Assembly (NCBI GenBank): GCA_963764715.1
Contig: CAVXTP010000021.1
Span: forward strand, 160,001-224,000
Source of the DNA: an uncultured Acidobacteriota bacterium
GTDB lineage: Bacteria; Acidobacteriota; Thermoanaerobaculia; UBA5066; Gp7-AA6
DNA: 64,000 nucleotides
Reading direction: 5' to 3'
In this document: positions 29,104-39,917 of the stretch, in pieces
Layout of the letters: every line of letters begins with the position of its first letter
Position numbering within the stretch: the stretch's first letter is position 1
Made by a program: the position numbers and the translations under genes
Notes under the pieces: model-generated
What the model saw: only the letters and a program-made list of their open reading frames with translations
What the model was told of the DNA's origin: nothing
The model's database searches: none

Positions 29104-30357
29104 TCAGCCGGCCGTGACCGGCCGATCGGCTTCCTTCCGAGGGTACTTCGTCGCGACGTAGTCGTCGACGAGTGCGCGGAAGGCCGCCGCGAGCTCGTCG
29201 TAGTTGCCCTTCAGCGTCGTGAAGTGCTGGCCGTCGATGTAGACGGGGCAGTGCGGCTCCTCGCCCGTGCCCGGCAGCGAGATGCCGATCGAGGCGGCCT
29301 TGGACTCGCCGGGGCCGTTGACGACGCACCCCATGACGGCGAGCGTCATGTTCTCGACGCCTTCGTGCTCCTGCTTCCAGACGGGCATCTGCTCGCGGAT
29401 GTAGCCCTGGATGCGCTCGGCGAGCTCCTGGAAGGTCGTCGACGTGGTGCGGCCGCAGCCGGGGCAGGCCGTGACCGATGGAGCGAACGAGCGGATGCCG
29501 AGCGACTGCAGCAGCTCGCAGGCCGCGTAGACCTCCTCGCGCCGGTCGCCTCCAGGCCGCGGGGTCAGCGAGATGCGGATCGTGTCGCCGATGCCCTCGT
29601 TCAGGAGAATGCCCATCGCCGAGGACGACCAGACGAGACCCTTCATCCCCATGCCGGCCTCGGTCAGGCCCAGGTGGAGCGGCTGATCGGTCCGTTTCGC
29701 GAGGTCCCGGTACACGGCGATCAGGTCGAGCGGCCGCGAGACCTTGCAGGAGATGATGATCTGGTCCTTGCGCAGGCCCGACTGGAGCGCGAGCTCGGTC
29801 GACTGCAGCGCCGAGAGGATCATGCACTCGTTGATGATCTCCTCGGAGGTCTTCTCGAGGTCGCGGTCGGTGTTCTCCTGCATCTTCTCCATGACGAGCT
29901 CCTGGTTCAAGGAGCCGCCGTTGACGCCGATGCGCACGGGCTTGCCGTTGTCGACGGCGATCTTGCAGATCGTGGCGAACTGCTCGTCGCGCCGCGCGCC
30001 CTTGCCGACGTTGCCGGGGTTGATGCGGTACTTGTCGAGCGCCCTCGCGCACTCGGGAAACTTCGTCAGCAGGACGTGGCCGTTGTAGTGGAAGTCGCCG
30101 ATGAGCGGCGCGTCGGTTCCGGCGTCGAGCATCCGCTTCTTGATCTCGGGCACGGCAGCCGCGGCCTCCGGAATGTTGACGGTGATCCGCACGAGCTCCG
30201 AGCCCGCGCGGGCGAGCTCGATGCACTGCGTGGCCGTGGACTTCACATCCACCGTATCCGTGTTCGCCATCGACTGGACGACGACCGGCGCGCCGCCGCC
30301 CACCAATACCTTGCCGACCCGCACCCCCACGGTCTGGTGGCGCTTGCGCTTTTCCAT
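29104..30357 (-). CDS. ispG: (E)-4-hydroxy-3-methylbut-2-enyl-diphosphate synthase
   Basis: [53 protein letters not shown]. Confidence 0.97.
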   Translation of the reverse strand: MEKRKRHQTVGVRVGKVLVGGGAPVVVQSMANTDTVDVKSTATQCIELARAGSELVRITVNIPEAAAAVPEIKKRMLDAGTDAPLIGDFHYNGHVLLTKFPECARALDKYRINPGNVGKGARRDEQFATICKIAVDNGKPVRIGVNGGSLNQELVMEKMQENTDRDLEKTSEEIINECMILSALQSTELALQSGLRKDQIIISCKVSRPLDLIAVYRDLAKRTDQPLHLGLTEAGMGMKGLVWSSSAMGILLNEGIGDTIRISLTPRPGGDRREEVYAACELLQSLGIRSFAPSVTACPGCGRTTSTTFQELAERIQGYIREQMPVWKQEHEGVENMTLAVMGCVVNGPGESKAASIGISLPGTGEEPHCPVYIDGQHFTTLKGNYDELAAAFRALVDDYVATKYPRKEADRPVTAG

Positions 30358-30487
30358 GACCGTCGAATCTACCAGAAGGGGCGGCTTCGGGACCTGCCCG
30401 AGGGCACGATCTCTCGCGCTCTCTGCAGCTTGTGGATCTCGCAGCGGGCCCGCGATGACGCTCCCTGCCGGGAGGCGCCCCCGCCCT

Positions 30488-31783
30488 TCAGGAGATGTTC
30501 GCGGCTTCCCAGCGCTCGACCAGCGCCTCCAGGTAGCGGGACTTCACCTGCTGGCGGGCGAGCGTGCGCTTGACCGGCGGCAGCTTCAGGACGGCGCCGA
30601 GAACGGCGCCGAGAATCCGGTGGCTCGCCAGGGTTCGATCGTCGCAGAGCAGCTCGGCGAGCTGCCCCCGCTCGATGGCCATGACGACGGTCCGATGCAC
30701 GGTGTCGAGGGGCGGGATGACCCGCTTCTCACGGCGCTCGAGGCGAAGCGCTTCCGGGTGCGGGCAAGCGGGGACACAGACGCCGCACCCGAGGCAGGCC
30801 GACTCCTCGAGCCGCACCGTCCGGCGCCGCGGGGCCTTCGGATCGTGGGCGGAGACGAGGCTCATCGCCTCGACGGGGCATGCGGTGACGCACTGGCCGC
30901 AGCCGCTGCAGTTTTCCTGGTCGATGGACGGGGCGAATCCGGTCGTGTGGACCGGGCGCAGGAAGCCGAAGCGCCTCTGGGCGACGAGCGCCTCGCAGCA
31001 GCAGGCGCAACAGTTGCAGATGAACGCGGGTTGCCGGCGCACGTTCTCGCCGAACTGCACGAGGCCCCTTTCGCGCGCCTCGTGCAGCAGGTCGAGGGCC
31101 TCGGCCGCGTCGGCACGCCGGGCGAACTCGTGGCGAACCAGCGACGCCGCCGTGTCGCCGAACGTCAGGCAGATCTCCATGGGGGCGCCGCAGGAGCGCC
31201 CGAGATGGCTCGTCTTGTGCCGGCAATAGCAGGTGCCGACGCCGATGGCCGAGGCGGTGCGCGCGACGTGGCTCGCCCGCTCCCAGTCGAGCACCTCGAG
31301 GACGTCCTCGTCCGGGAGGGCCTCCTCGTTGACGAAGACGCGTCCGAGCTGGGTCTCGCCCCGGGCGAAGAGGGCGCGGACGAAGTCCTCTTCGACGTTC
31401 AGGTACTGGTGGAAGAGCTCGGCGAGCATCTGCTGGTCGACGTCGCCCCGCACTCGCATCATCGAGAACTCGAAAAAGCCGGCCATCGGCGGCGGCAGGA
31501 CCCAGCGCGTCTCCCCGTCGCGGACGATGTCGATGAGCAGGGCCTTCGCGGCGAGCGACTCGAGGATGTTTCGCGCCTCGGCCGGCGTCGTGCCCCAGGC
31601 GCGCGCGGCCGTCTCGGCACGGAACGGACGAATCGGCAGGGACGCCACGAGCGAGGCCTCGCGCTCGCTGAAGAGAATCCGCAGGATGCGGTAGAGAAGG
31701 TCGGACGGCGGCGCGCCCTGCGGAAACCGGTTGAGCCGGTCGATCAGGTTGTCGTAGCCGGAGCGGACGGTTGCGTGCGCCAT
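30488..31783 (-). CDS. 4Fe-4S dicluster domain-containing protein
   Basis: [25 protein letters not shown] and [12 protein letters not shown]; start MAHATVR after a GGAG/GAGG RBS. Confidence 0.85.
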   Translation of the reverse strand: MAHATVRSGYDNLIDRLNRFPQGAPPSDLLYRILRILFSEREASLVASLPIRPFRAETAARAWGTTPAEARNILESLAAKALLIDIVRDGETRWVLPPPMAGFFEFSMMRVRGDVDQQMLAELFHQYLNVEEDFVRALFARGETQLGRVFVNEEALPDEDVLEVLDWERASHVARTASAIGVGTCYCRHKTSHLGRSCGAPMEICLTFGDTAASLVRHEFARRADAAEALDLLHEARERGLVQFGENVRRQPAFICNCCACCCEALVAQRRFGFLRPVHTTGFAPSIDQENCSGCGQCVTACPVEAMSLVSAHDPKAPRRRTVRLEESACLGCGVCVPACPHPEALRLERREKRVIPPLDTVHRTVVMAIERGQLAELLCDDRTLASHRILGAVLGAVLKLPPVKRTLARQQVKSRYLEALVERWEAANIS

Positions 31784-31899
31784 CGACGCCTCGCTCCGAA
31801 GGCTAGGGGATCGCGCGGATGCGCACATGATTCGTTCTGCTCAGGGCCGGTTCCGCGCGCCCTCCCCGAGGTCGTTCGTTGTAGTCTTTTGCACCACTC

Positions 31900-34578
31900 G
31901 TGACTTTGTCCGCCGGAACGCGCCTGGGCCCTTACGAACTCCTTGCGCCGATCGGCGCGGGAGGGATGGGCGAGGTTTATCGGGCCCGGGATGCGCGGCT
32001 CGGGCGCGAGGTCGCGATCAAGGTGCTTTCGGAGAAGGTCGCGGGAGACCCGGCGGCGCTCGCCCGGTTCGAGCGCGAGGCGCGCGCGGTCGCGGCTCTG
32101 TCGCATCCGCACATCCTCGCGCTCCACGACTTCGGCCAGGACCGCGGGCTCACCTTCGCCGTCATGGAGCTGCTCGACGGAGAGTCCCTCGCGCAGCGGC
32201 TGGCCCGCGGGCCGATGCCGGCGAGCGAGATCGCGCTGGCGGGAGCGCAGATCTGCGGCGCGCTCTCCGCGGCTCACCGCAAGGGGATCGTGCACCGGGA
32301 CCTGAAGCCCGCCAACGTGATGCTGACGAAGTCGGGCGTGAAGCTGCTCGACTTCGGCCTCGCCAAGGCGGTGAGCGAGGTTCCCGAGGGCCTGACCACG
32401 GAGCAAACCGCGGCGGCGGACGTCACCCGCGAAGGGACGATCATCGGCACCCTCGCGTACATGTCGCCCGAACAGGTCGAAGGCCGCGCGGCCGACGCCC
32501 GCTCGGACATCTTCGCCCTGGGCGCGACGCTCTACGAGATGGCGACGGGCCGGAAGGCGTTCGTGGCGTCGAGCCAGGCCGGCCTGATTTCCGCGATCCT
32601 CTCGGGCGAGCCACCGCCGGTCTCGTCGGTTCAGCCGATGTCGCCGCCGGCGCTCGACCGCATCGTGCGCGGCTGCCTCGCCAAGGACCCCGACGCGCGC
32701 TGGCAGACCGCGCACGACGTGGGTCTGCAGCTGGCGGGCCTCGGGGATTCCGGGACGGCGGCGACGCCGGTGGCTCGGACGTCGGTGCGGCGCGGCCGCC
32801 GCCTCCTGCCGTGGGCCCTGGCCGGGCTCTTCGCCGTGCTGGCCGCCGTCGTGCTCTGGAAGGGGTCCTCGCCCCCGGCGCCCGCCCGCATCGTTCGGTT
32901 CCCGCTGCCGCCCCCTCCCGGACGTTCCTTCTTCACGACCTACGAATCGGTCACCGTCGCCGTCTCGCCGGACGGCTCGCGAATCGCTTATGTCTCGGCG
33001 CCCTTCGCCGTGTCCGCAGCCCGCCGCGGCATTGCTTCGCCCGAAGCTCCGGAGAACCGCAACATCTGGGTTCGCGACCTGGCGGCCCTCGAGTCCCGGC
33101 CCGTGCGCGGAACGGAGGGCGCCACGTCCATCTTCTGGTCGCCCGACGGCAAGTCGCTCGGCTTCTTCGTTCCGGGAAAGCTCAAGCGCATTTTCCTGGC
33201 GGACGGCGCGGCCGCCGTGCCCATCTGCGACGTACCGGCCGGGGGCGGCCGGGCCGGCACCTGGAGCCCGTCCGGGGAGATCCTGTTCGCGAGCATTCAG
33301 GCGCCGACCGTTCTGAAAGTGGCCGCATCCGGCGGCGTTCCGGAGAAGGCGTTCGAAATCGCCGGCGACGAGATCCGGATCAACTGGCCGTCGTTCCTGC
33401 CGGACGGGAAGAGGTTCGTCTACCTCGCGAGACTGCGCGATCGCACGGGCCGATTGATGCTCGGCGAGCTCGGCAAGCCCCCCCGCGTGGTGGCGCCGTT
33501 GACCTCTTCGATGCAGTACGTCGACCCGGGCTACCTCGTCTTTGCCCGGGATGGAGCGCTGCTCGCGCAACGGTTCGACCCGGAAGCCGGGCGTCTGACG
33601 GGCGACCCCGTCTCGATCGCCGACCCCGTCAGCTACTTCCTGTCCACCGGGCGAACGTCCTTCGCCATCTCGCGCTCCGGAACTCTCGTCTACCAGTCGG
33701 CCGACGACGTGAGCCGGCTCGAATGGTTCGATTTGGCCGGTCAGTCTCTCGGGAGCATCGGACCTCCCGGCAACTACCTCAATCTGGCGATGGACCGCGA
33801 AGGAGTCAGGGTTTTCTACGACCGGACGCGGCCCGGCATCGGTACTTTCGACATCTGGGCATGGGATCTCGTCCGCGGCATCGAGACGCCGATCACGACG
33901 GAAACCGATACCGAGATATCGCCGGTCGAGCTGGCCGACGGCAAGAGCATCATCTACTCCGCCAATCGCCAGGGAGCGCCAGAGCTCTTCCGCCGGAACC
34001 TCGCCAGCGGCACCGAGGCGCCTCTGGCGCCTGCCCAGAACGCGTTTCAGCAGGCGCAGGATCTGTCGCCGGACGGACTGACCCTGGCCTACGTGGAGCG
34101 CGCGTCGTCGGGGAACTTCGACATCTGGACCGTTCCGGTGTCCGGAACCGGGAAGCCATCGTCCTTTCTGCAGTCGGACTTCGACAAGAAGGAAGTGCGG
34201 TTCTCGCCGGACGGCCGTTACCTCGCCTTCGTGGCCAACGACTCGGGACAGCCCGAGGCCTACGTGACGCCCTTTCCTGGTCCGGGGGAGAAGGTGCGGC
34301 TTTCCTCGGGCGGGGCGCGCCTGCTCCAATGGAGCCGCGACGGACGCGCCCTGCTTTACGTGTCCCCCGACGGGCGGATGATGTCGCTGCCCGTCCAGAC
34401 CAGCCCGTCCCTTCGGACCGGGACGCCGACGGCGCTCTTCACGATCCCGGGCCGAGCGTGGCTGAACTTCCGGCTCTCGAACGATGGGAAAAAGATTCTC
34501 GCCGTGGTGCCCGAGTCCGCCGCCGACGAGCAGCCGATGACGGTCGTCGTCAACTGGCCGGCCACCCTCGCGAAGTAG
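31900..34578 (+). CDS. Ser/Thr receptor kinase with PD40 beta-propeller
   Basis: Intact kinase motifs, TM helix, SPDG repeats; GTG start. Confidence 0.92.
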   Translation: MTLSAGTRLGPYELLAPIGAGGMGEVYRARDARLGREVAIKVLSEKVAGDPAALARFEREARAVAALSHPHILALHDFGQDRGLTFAVMELLDGESLAQRLARGPMPASEIALAGAQICGALSAAHRKGIVHRDLKPANVMLTKSGVKLLDFGLAKAVSEVPEGLTTEQTAAADVTREGTIIGTLAYMSPEQVEGRAADARSDIFALGATLYEMATGRKAFVASSQAGLISAILSGEPPPVSSVQPMSPPALDRIVRGCLAKDPDARWQTAHDVGLQLAGLGDSGTAATPVARTSVRRGRRLLPWALAGLFAVLAAVVLWKGSSPPAPARIVRFPLPPPPGRSFFTTYESVTVAVSPDGSRIAYVSAPFAVSAARRGIASPEAPENRNIWVRDLAALESRPVRGTEGATSIFWSPDGKSLGFFVPGKLKRIFLADGAAAVPICDVPAGGGRAGTWSPSGEILFASIQAPTVLKVAASGGVPEKAFEIAGDEIRINWPSFLPDGKRFVYLARLRDRTGRLMLGELGKPPRVVAPLTSSMQYVDPGYLVFARDGALLAQRFDPEAGRLTGDPVSIADPVSYFLSTGRTSFAISRSGTLVYQSADDVSRLEWFDLAGQSLGSIGPPGNYLNLAMDREGVRVFYDRTRPGIGTFDIWAWDLVRGIETPITTETDTEISPVELADGKSIIYSANRQGAPELFRRNLASGTEAPLAPAQNAFQQAQDLSPDGLTLAYVERASSGNFDIWTVPVSGTGKPSSFLQSDFDKKEVRFSPDGRYLAFVANDSGQPEAYVTPFPGPGEKVRLSSGGARLLQWSRDGRALLYVSPDGRMMSLPVQTSPSLRTGTPTALFTIPGRAWLNFRLSNDGKKILAVVPESAADEQPMTVVVNWPATLAK

Positions 34579-34580
34579 CT

Positions 34581-35150
34581 CTACTTCGGGGCGACTTCGT
34601 TCTTGGCGCCGGGCGGGGGCGGGTACTCGGCCAGCAGCTCCGAAACCGCGCGCCGGATGTCCCTGGCGATGGCGTCGGGGTTCGTTCCGAGAAGGGTCGA
34701 CTTCAAGCCGCGCCAGACGAGCTTGTATCCGGTGTCGCGGACGTCGATGTACAGCGTGCCTTCCTTTCGGTACTTCGTGCCTGCCCAGATCGTCCCGCTC
34801 CACCAGCTGTAGGCCCCGAACCGGTCCTGGGATTCCACGCCGTCCGGCCGCGTCGTGTACGAGACGTAGATGTCGGGCGCCTGGCCGGTCACGACGGGGT
34901 GGACGCCCCTTTTCAGAAGCGTTTCGTCGATCGCTTGGCGGACGGTCTCGTCGACGAAACGGCCGTCGACGATGGAGCTGCCTCCGGGCATCTGGAAGTT
35001 CGGGTCTTTGTACCAGGCGTAGGTCTTCGGCTGGGTGAACGTGTACGCCGGGTCGAAGGCATAGTGATAGCTCGGCGCGCCCGCGCACGCGAACTGAAGG
35101 GCGCCGAGCGCGCAGGCAGCCAGGGCGAGATGGCGGCGATGGTTATTCAT
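34581..35150 (-). CDS. DUF4136-like lipoprotein
   Basis: Start MNNHRRH; lipobox-like FAC; KTYAW, EGTLYIDV, LVWRG; ATGA coupling to the upstream paralog. Confidence 0.75.
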   Translation of the reverse strand: MNNHRRHLALAACALGALQFACAGAPSYHYAFDPAYTFTQPKTYAWYKDPNFQMPGGSSIVDGRFVDETVRQAIDETLLKRGVHPVVTGQAPDIYVSYTTRPDGVESQDRFGAYSWWSGTIWAGTKYRKEGTLYIDVRDTGYKLVWRGLKSTLLGTNPDAIARDIRRAVSELLAEYPPPPGAKNEVAPK

Positions 35151-35710
35151 GGCGTTCCATTCGTGGGAGCCGCGCCCGGCGGGGGCGGGAACTTGGCGAG
35201 CAGCGCGTCGATCTCGTGATGGATCTCGCGGCCGGCGGCATCGGGATTTTCCCCCTCGAGCCGGGTGATCGAGCCGCGCCAGATGAGCTTCTTGTCCGCC
35301 GTGCGGAAGTCGATCGTGATGGCCCGCGACTTCTCGTACATCATGCTTTCGTACCCCGTCAGCCAGGCGTAGTTGGGGTCCTTGACCTCGTCGCTCACGC
35401 GCGTGTCGCCGGTCAGAAACGCGACGAGCAGCGAGGCGCGTGCGGGGTCGACCTTCTGGTAGCCCTTTCCCGCGAGGCTCGCGTCGACGGCGGCGTGGAC
35501 GTGCTGCGAGATGAACTCGCCGTCGATGATCGAGTCGCCGTGGGGCGGCGGGTAGCCCGGCCCGACCCACCAGGCGTAGGTCTTTGCCGCCGCGAAGTCC
35601 GCCGTCTTGTCCCAGGCGAACTGGGGCACCGGGTGCGTTCCGCGGCACGCGGCGACGCCGATCACGCCGGCGACGAGAAGCAAGGACGGGCGTCGCAAGG
35701 TCCGGGTCAT
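35147..35710 (-). CDS. DUF4136-like lipoprotein
   Basis: Lipobox VAAC; KTYAW, LIWRG, FPP; paralog of the adjacent gene; AAGGAG RBS. Confidence 0.75.
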   Translation of the reverse strand: MTRTLRRPSLLLVAGVIGVAACRGTHPVPQFAWDKTADFAAAKTYAWWVGPGYPPPHGDSIIDGEFISQHVHAAVDASLAGKGYQKVDPARASLLVAFLTGDTRVSDEVKDPNYAWLTGYESMMYEKSRAITIDFRTADKKLIWRGSITRLEGENPDAAGREIHHEIDALLAKFPPPPGAAPTNGTP

Positions 35711-35771
35711 GTTCGCTCCTTCGAGGGTGCGGGGACATTACACCATGCGCGGGATCGCATACTCTTGCCCC

Positions 35772-37136
35772 GTGGGCGCCGGCCAGCGGGCGCCGGGGCC
35801 CCCGCGGCGTTATCCCGGCAGTCACCTCTTCGCGCTCCGCCGCGACCCTCTCGCGTTCCTGACGGGGATCGCCCGCGAGCACGGCGACGTCGCGCGCTTT
35901 CGTCTCGGGCCGGTCGACGTCCACCTGGTCAGCCGCCCCGACTGGATCCGGGACGTGCTCGTGACCCACGCCCACCTCTTCCACAAGGGCCGGGGCCTCG
36001 AGCGCGCGAAGCGTCTCCTGGGCGAGGGCCTGCTGACGAGCGAAGACCCGATCCACCTGCGCCAGCGGCGGATGATGCAGCCGGCCTTCCACCGCGACCG
36101 CATCGCCGGTTACGCCGGCGTGATGACGGCGCACGCCGAGGCGATGAGCGCGCGGTGGCGCGACGGCGAAACGCGCGATCTCGCCCAGGAGATGTCGCGG
36201 CTGACGCTCTCGATCGTCGGCCGGACGCTCTTCGATTCCGAAGTGGAGTCGGAGGCCGACGAGATCGGCGCCGCGCTGACCACCGCGATCCAGCTCTTCG
36301 GCCGGACCTTCTCGCTGCCGTTCTTCCAGGTCGTCGACCGTCTGCCGCTGCCCTCGAACCGGCGGTTCGCGAAGGCGCGCGCCCGGATCGACGCGACCAT
36401 CGGGCGGCTGATCGCGGAGCGGCGGCGTTCGCCGGGGGGACGCTCGGACCTGCTGACGCTGCTCGTCCAGGCGAGCGACACGGAGGGCGACGGCACCGGC
36501 ATGACCGACGTGCAGGTGCGCGACGAGGCCGTGACCATCTTCCTCGCGGGCCACGAGACGACGGCCAACGCGCTGACCTGGACCTGGTACCTCCTCTCGC
36601 AGAACCCCGAGGCCGAGGCGAGGCTGCACGCCGAGGCCGACGCGCTCGACGGCACCCCCGGGTTCGCCGACCTCCCGAAGCTCGCCTACACGGAGATGGT
36701 CTTCGCCGAGTCGATGCGCCTCTTTCCTCCGGCCTGGATCATCGGCCGGCGGGCGATGGCCGACTACGCGGTCGGCGGTTACGTCGTCCCGAGCCATTCG
36801 ATCGTCGTTTGTAGCCAATGGGTGACGCACCGGGACGCCCGTTTCTTCCCGGATCCCGAGCGGTTCGATCCGGAGCGTTTCCGCCCGGAAGCGAAGGAGC
36901 AACGGCCGAGATTCGCCTACTTCCCGTTCGGCGGGGGCCCTCGGGTCTGCATCGGCGAGGGGTTCGCGTGGATGGAGGGCGTCCTCCTGCTCGCGACTCT
37001 CGCCCGGCGGTGGCGCCTCCGGCTCGCGCCCGGTCATCCCGTCGTCCCCGCGCCGTCGATCACGCTGCGCCCGGAGCACGGGATGCGCATGCGGATCGAG
37101 TCGCGTTCTTCGACCGTTCCGGGACCGTTGTTGTAG
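35772..37136 (+). CDS. Cytochrome P450
   Basis: AGHETTA (I helix), ESMR (ExxR), [14 protein letters not shown] heme Cys; start uncertain (GTG 35772 or ATG 35745). Confidence 0.95.
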   Translation: MGAGQRAPGPPRRYPGSHLFALRRDPLAFLTGIAREHGDVARFRLGPVDVHLVSRPDWIRDVLVTHAHLFHKGRGLERAKRLLGEGLLTSEDPIHLRQRRMMQPAFHRDRIAGYAGVMTAHAEAMSARWRDGETRDLAQEMSRLTLSIVGRTLFDSEVESEADEIGAALTTAIQLFGRTFSLPFFQVVDRLPLPSNRRFAKARARIDATIGRLIAERRRSPGGRSDLLTLLVQASDTEGDGTGMTDVQVRDEAVTIFLAGHETTANALTWTWYLLSQNPEAEARLHAEADALDGTPGFADLPKLAYTEMVFAESMRLFPPAWIIGRRAMADYAVGGYVVPSHSIVVCSQWVTHRDARFFPDPERFDPERFRPEAKEQRPRFAYFPFGGGPRVCIGEGFAWMEGVLLLATLARRWRLRLAPGHPVVPAPSITLRPEHGMRMRIESRSSTVPGPLL

Positions 37137-37258
37137 GCTTCGCCCACTGGATTCTGCAGGGCTGGGAACGTCGCTCGCTCGTGCGCGAGCCCTGCGCCTT
37201 CGGGCGCATCGGGAGAGTCTTGGCTCTGCGGACGACAGGCTGAGGAAGAAGGGCTGAC

Positions 37259-39916
37259 ATGAGCCTTGCCGCGGGAACACGCCTGGGGCCCTACGAGATC
37301 GTGGCGCCGATCGGGGCGGGCGGGATGGGGGAGGTTTACCGGGCGAAGGACACGCGTCTGGACCGGCAGGTGGCGGTGAAGGTTTTGTCGTCGCACCTGT
37401 CGGCGAGCGAGGAGGTGCGTCAGCGGTTCGAGCGGGAGGCGAAGACGATTTCGCAGTTCTCGCACCCGCACATCTGCTCGCTGTACGACGTGGGTCGGGA
37501 GGGCGAGACCGACTACCTGGTGATGGAGCTCCTCGAGGGCGAGAGCCTTGCCGACCGGCTGGGCAAGGGCGCGCTTCCGACGGAGCAGGTCCTGCGGTAC
37601 GGGATCGAGATCGCGGACGCGCTCGACAAGGCGCACCGCCAGGGGATCGTGCACCGGGACCTGAAGCCCGGCAACATCATGCTGACGAAGACGGGCGTGA
37701 AGCTGCTGGACTTCGGTTTGGCGAAGCCGCTGACGGCGGCGGGGGCGCGGCCCGTCTCGGGCGCCTCGGTCCTCGCGACGGAAGCCCAGGTGAGCCAGCC
37801 GCTGACCGAGCGCGGGACGGTGCTGGGGACGTTCCAGTACATGGCGCCCGAGCAGCTCGAGGGCGGCGAAGCGGACGGCCGGTCGGACATTTTCGCGTTC
37901 GGCGCGGTGCTGTACGAGATGGCGACGGGCAAGAAGGCGTTCACGGGCAAGAGCCAGGCGTCGCTGATCGGATCGATCCTGCGGGACGAGCCGCCGTCGA
38001 TCTCGGAGGCGGCGCCGATGATCCCGCCGGCGCTGAACCGCGTGGTGAAGACGTGCCTGGCGAAGGACCCGGAGGACCGGTTCCAGACGGCGCACGACGC
38101 GAAGCTGCAGCTCGAGTGGATCGCGGAGGGCGGCTCGCAGGCGGGGCTGCCGGCGCCGGTCGTCGCGCGGCGAAAGAACCGCGAGAAGCTCGCGTGGGCC
38201 GTCGCCGCGGTCGCCCTGCTCGCCGCCGGCCTCGCCACCTGGGGCTGGTTCCGCCGCGCGCCGGTCCCGCCCCTGATGGCACGTTTCGACATCATGTCTC
38301 CGGAGGATCTCGTGGCGATCGACATGCCGCGCGTTTCTCCCGACGGACGCACCATCGCGTTGAACGCGACGGACGCCGCCGGAAGAACCCGAATCTGGAT
38401 CCGGCCGTTGAACTCCCTGACGGCGCATGCGCTGGAGGGGACCGAGGGAACGACTCGTCCCTTCTGGTCGCCGGACTCGCGCTTTATCGCTTTTTTCTCC
38501 GAGGGCAAGCTGAAGAAGGTGGACACCTCCGGCGGTCCACCGCAGAAGATCTGCGACGCGCCGACCGGCGCCGACGGCTCGTGGAGCTCGGAGGGCGTAA
38601 TTCTCTTCGACGGCGTCACCGGGGATCCCATCCAGCGGGTTGCCGCCACGGGCGGAACCCCGGTCGTCGAGGTCAAGCCCGACCCGGCGCGCAAAGAAAC
38701 CCAGGTCGCCTGGCCGGAGTTCCTGCCCGACGGCCGCCACTACATCTATCTGGCGAGCGGCCAGAAACCGGAAGACAACCTCTACCGCATCGGCTCGCTC
38801 GGCTCGAAGGAATCGACACCGATGGCGTCCGCACAGACGCTTCTCAGCTATGCGGCGCCCGGATACATCCTCTTCGTGCGTGACAAGACTCTCGTCGCGC
38901 AGCGCTTCGACCTGAAGAAGCTCAAGACGATCGGCGAACCGGCCCCCGTGGCCGAGAAGATCGGCACGGATGCCGTGGGTCTCGCTCGCTTTTCGGTGTC
39001 CCGCAACGGCGTCCTCGCCTACCGCACGGGCGATTCCGGAAATCGACTGCTCTGGATGGATCGCGGCGGGAAGGAGCTCGAGACGGCCGGCGCTCCCGGC
39101 GACTACGGCAATCCGGCGTTGTCCCGCGCGGGAGACCGACTCGCGTTCAACGCCTCGGATCCGCGCAGCGGGAAGTTCGACATCTGGGTCCGGGACCTCG
39201 CGCGCGGCGTGAACTCGCGCTTCACGTTCGCCGCCGGCGTCAACATCTGCCCACTGTGGTCTCCGGACGGCTCCCGAATCGTCTTCACTTCGGAAAAGGA
39301 GGGCGCATCCAGTCTCCTCGAGAAGGCGTCCACCGGCCAGGGAGAGGAGAAATCGCTCCTCAAGAGCACCGACGGACGCGTCCTCGCCACCGATTGGTCG
39401 CGCGACGGGAAGTACATCGCCTATTCGCATCGGGGAAAGGAGGGCTGGGACATCTTCGTTATGCCGACCTCGGGCGACCGCAAGCCGATTCCCGTGGTTC
39501 AAACTCCGTTCAACGACCTGAATGCCACGTTCTCGCCCGACGGCCGATTCATCGCGTACCAGTCGAACGAGTCCGGGCGCGGCGAGGTCTACGTCCAGAC
39601 CTTTCCGGATCCCGGGGGCAAATGGCAGATCTCGACGGCGGGCGGCTTCGACGCGTCGTGGCGGGCGGACGGCAAGGAGATCTTCTTCCGCGCTCCCGAC
39701 CAGAAGCTGATGGCGGTGGACGTCCAGACCGCCGGGAACTTTCAGGCCGGCATTCCGCACCCGCTGTTCCTGGGTCGCATTCCCCCCGGCGCATCGCGCA
39801 ATCGGTACGCGCCGGCGGCCGACGGGCAACGCTTCCTCTACATCGCGCCGCTCGGGCGCGAGTCGATGACTCCGACGACGGTGATCCTCAACTGGTTCGA
39901 AGGGCTGGAGCACTGA
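37259..39916 (+). CDS. Ser/Thr receptor kinase with PD40 beta-propeller (array gene 1)
   Basis: Intact kinase motifs; RRKNREK + TM helix; SPDG blades; ends VILNWF. Confidence 0.93.
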   Translation: MSLAAGTRLGPYEIVAPIGAGGMGEVYRAKDTRLDRQVAVKVLSSHLSASEEVRQRFEREAKTISQFSHPHICSLYDVGREGETDYLVMELLEGESLADRLGKGALPTEQVLRYGIEIADALDKAHRQGIVHRDLKPGNIMLTKTGVKLLDFGLAKPLTAAGARPVSGASVLATEAQVSQPLTERGTVLGTFQYMAPEQLEGGEADGRSDIFAFGAVLYEMATGKKAFTGKSQASLIGSILRDEPPSISEAAPMIPPALNRVVKTCLAKDPEDRFQTAHDAKLQLEWIAEGGSQAGLPAPVVARRKNREKLAWAVAAVALLAAGLATWGWFRRAPVPPLMARFDIMSPEDLVAIDMPRVSPDGRTIALNATDAAGRTRIWIRPLNSLTAHALEGTEGTTRPFWSPDSRFIAFFSEGKLKKVDTSGGPPQKICDAPTGADGSWSSEGVILFDGVTGDPIQRVAATGGTPVVEVKPDPARKETQVAWPEFLPDGRHYIYLASGQKPEDNLYRIGSLGSKESTPMASAQTLLSYAAPGYILFVRDKTLVAQRFDLKKLKTIGEPAPVAEKIGTDAVGLARFSVSRNGVLAYRTGDSGNRLLWMDRGGKELETAGAPGDYGNPALSRAGDRLAFNASDPRSGKFDIWVRDLARGVNSRFTFAAGVNICPLWSPDGSRIVFTSEKEGASSLLEKASTGQGEEKSLLKSTDGRVLATDWSRDGKYIAYSHRGKEGWDIFVMPTSGDRKPIPVVQTPFNDLNATFSPDGRFIAYQSNESGRGEVYVQTFPDPGGKWQISTAGGFDASWRADGKEIFFRAPDQKLMAVDVQTAGNFQAGIPHPLFLGRIPPGASRNRYAPAADGQRFLYIAPLGRESMTPTTVILNWFEGLEH

Positions 39917-39917
39917 G

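Noticed and set aside
29104-37136. Terpenoid biosynthetic cluster (ispG + P450)
   Set aside because: No terpene synthase or prenyltransferase; the genes are separated and in different transcription units.
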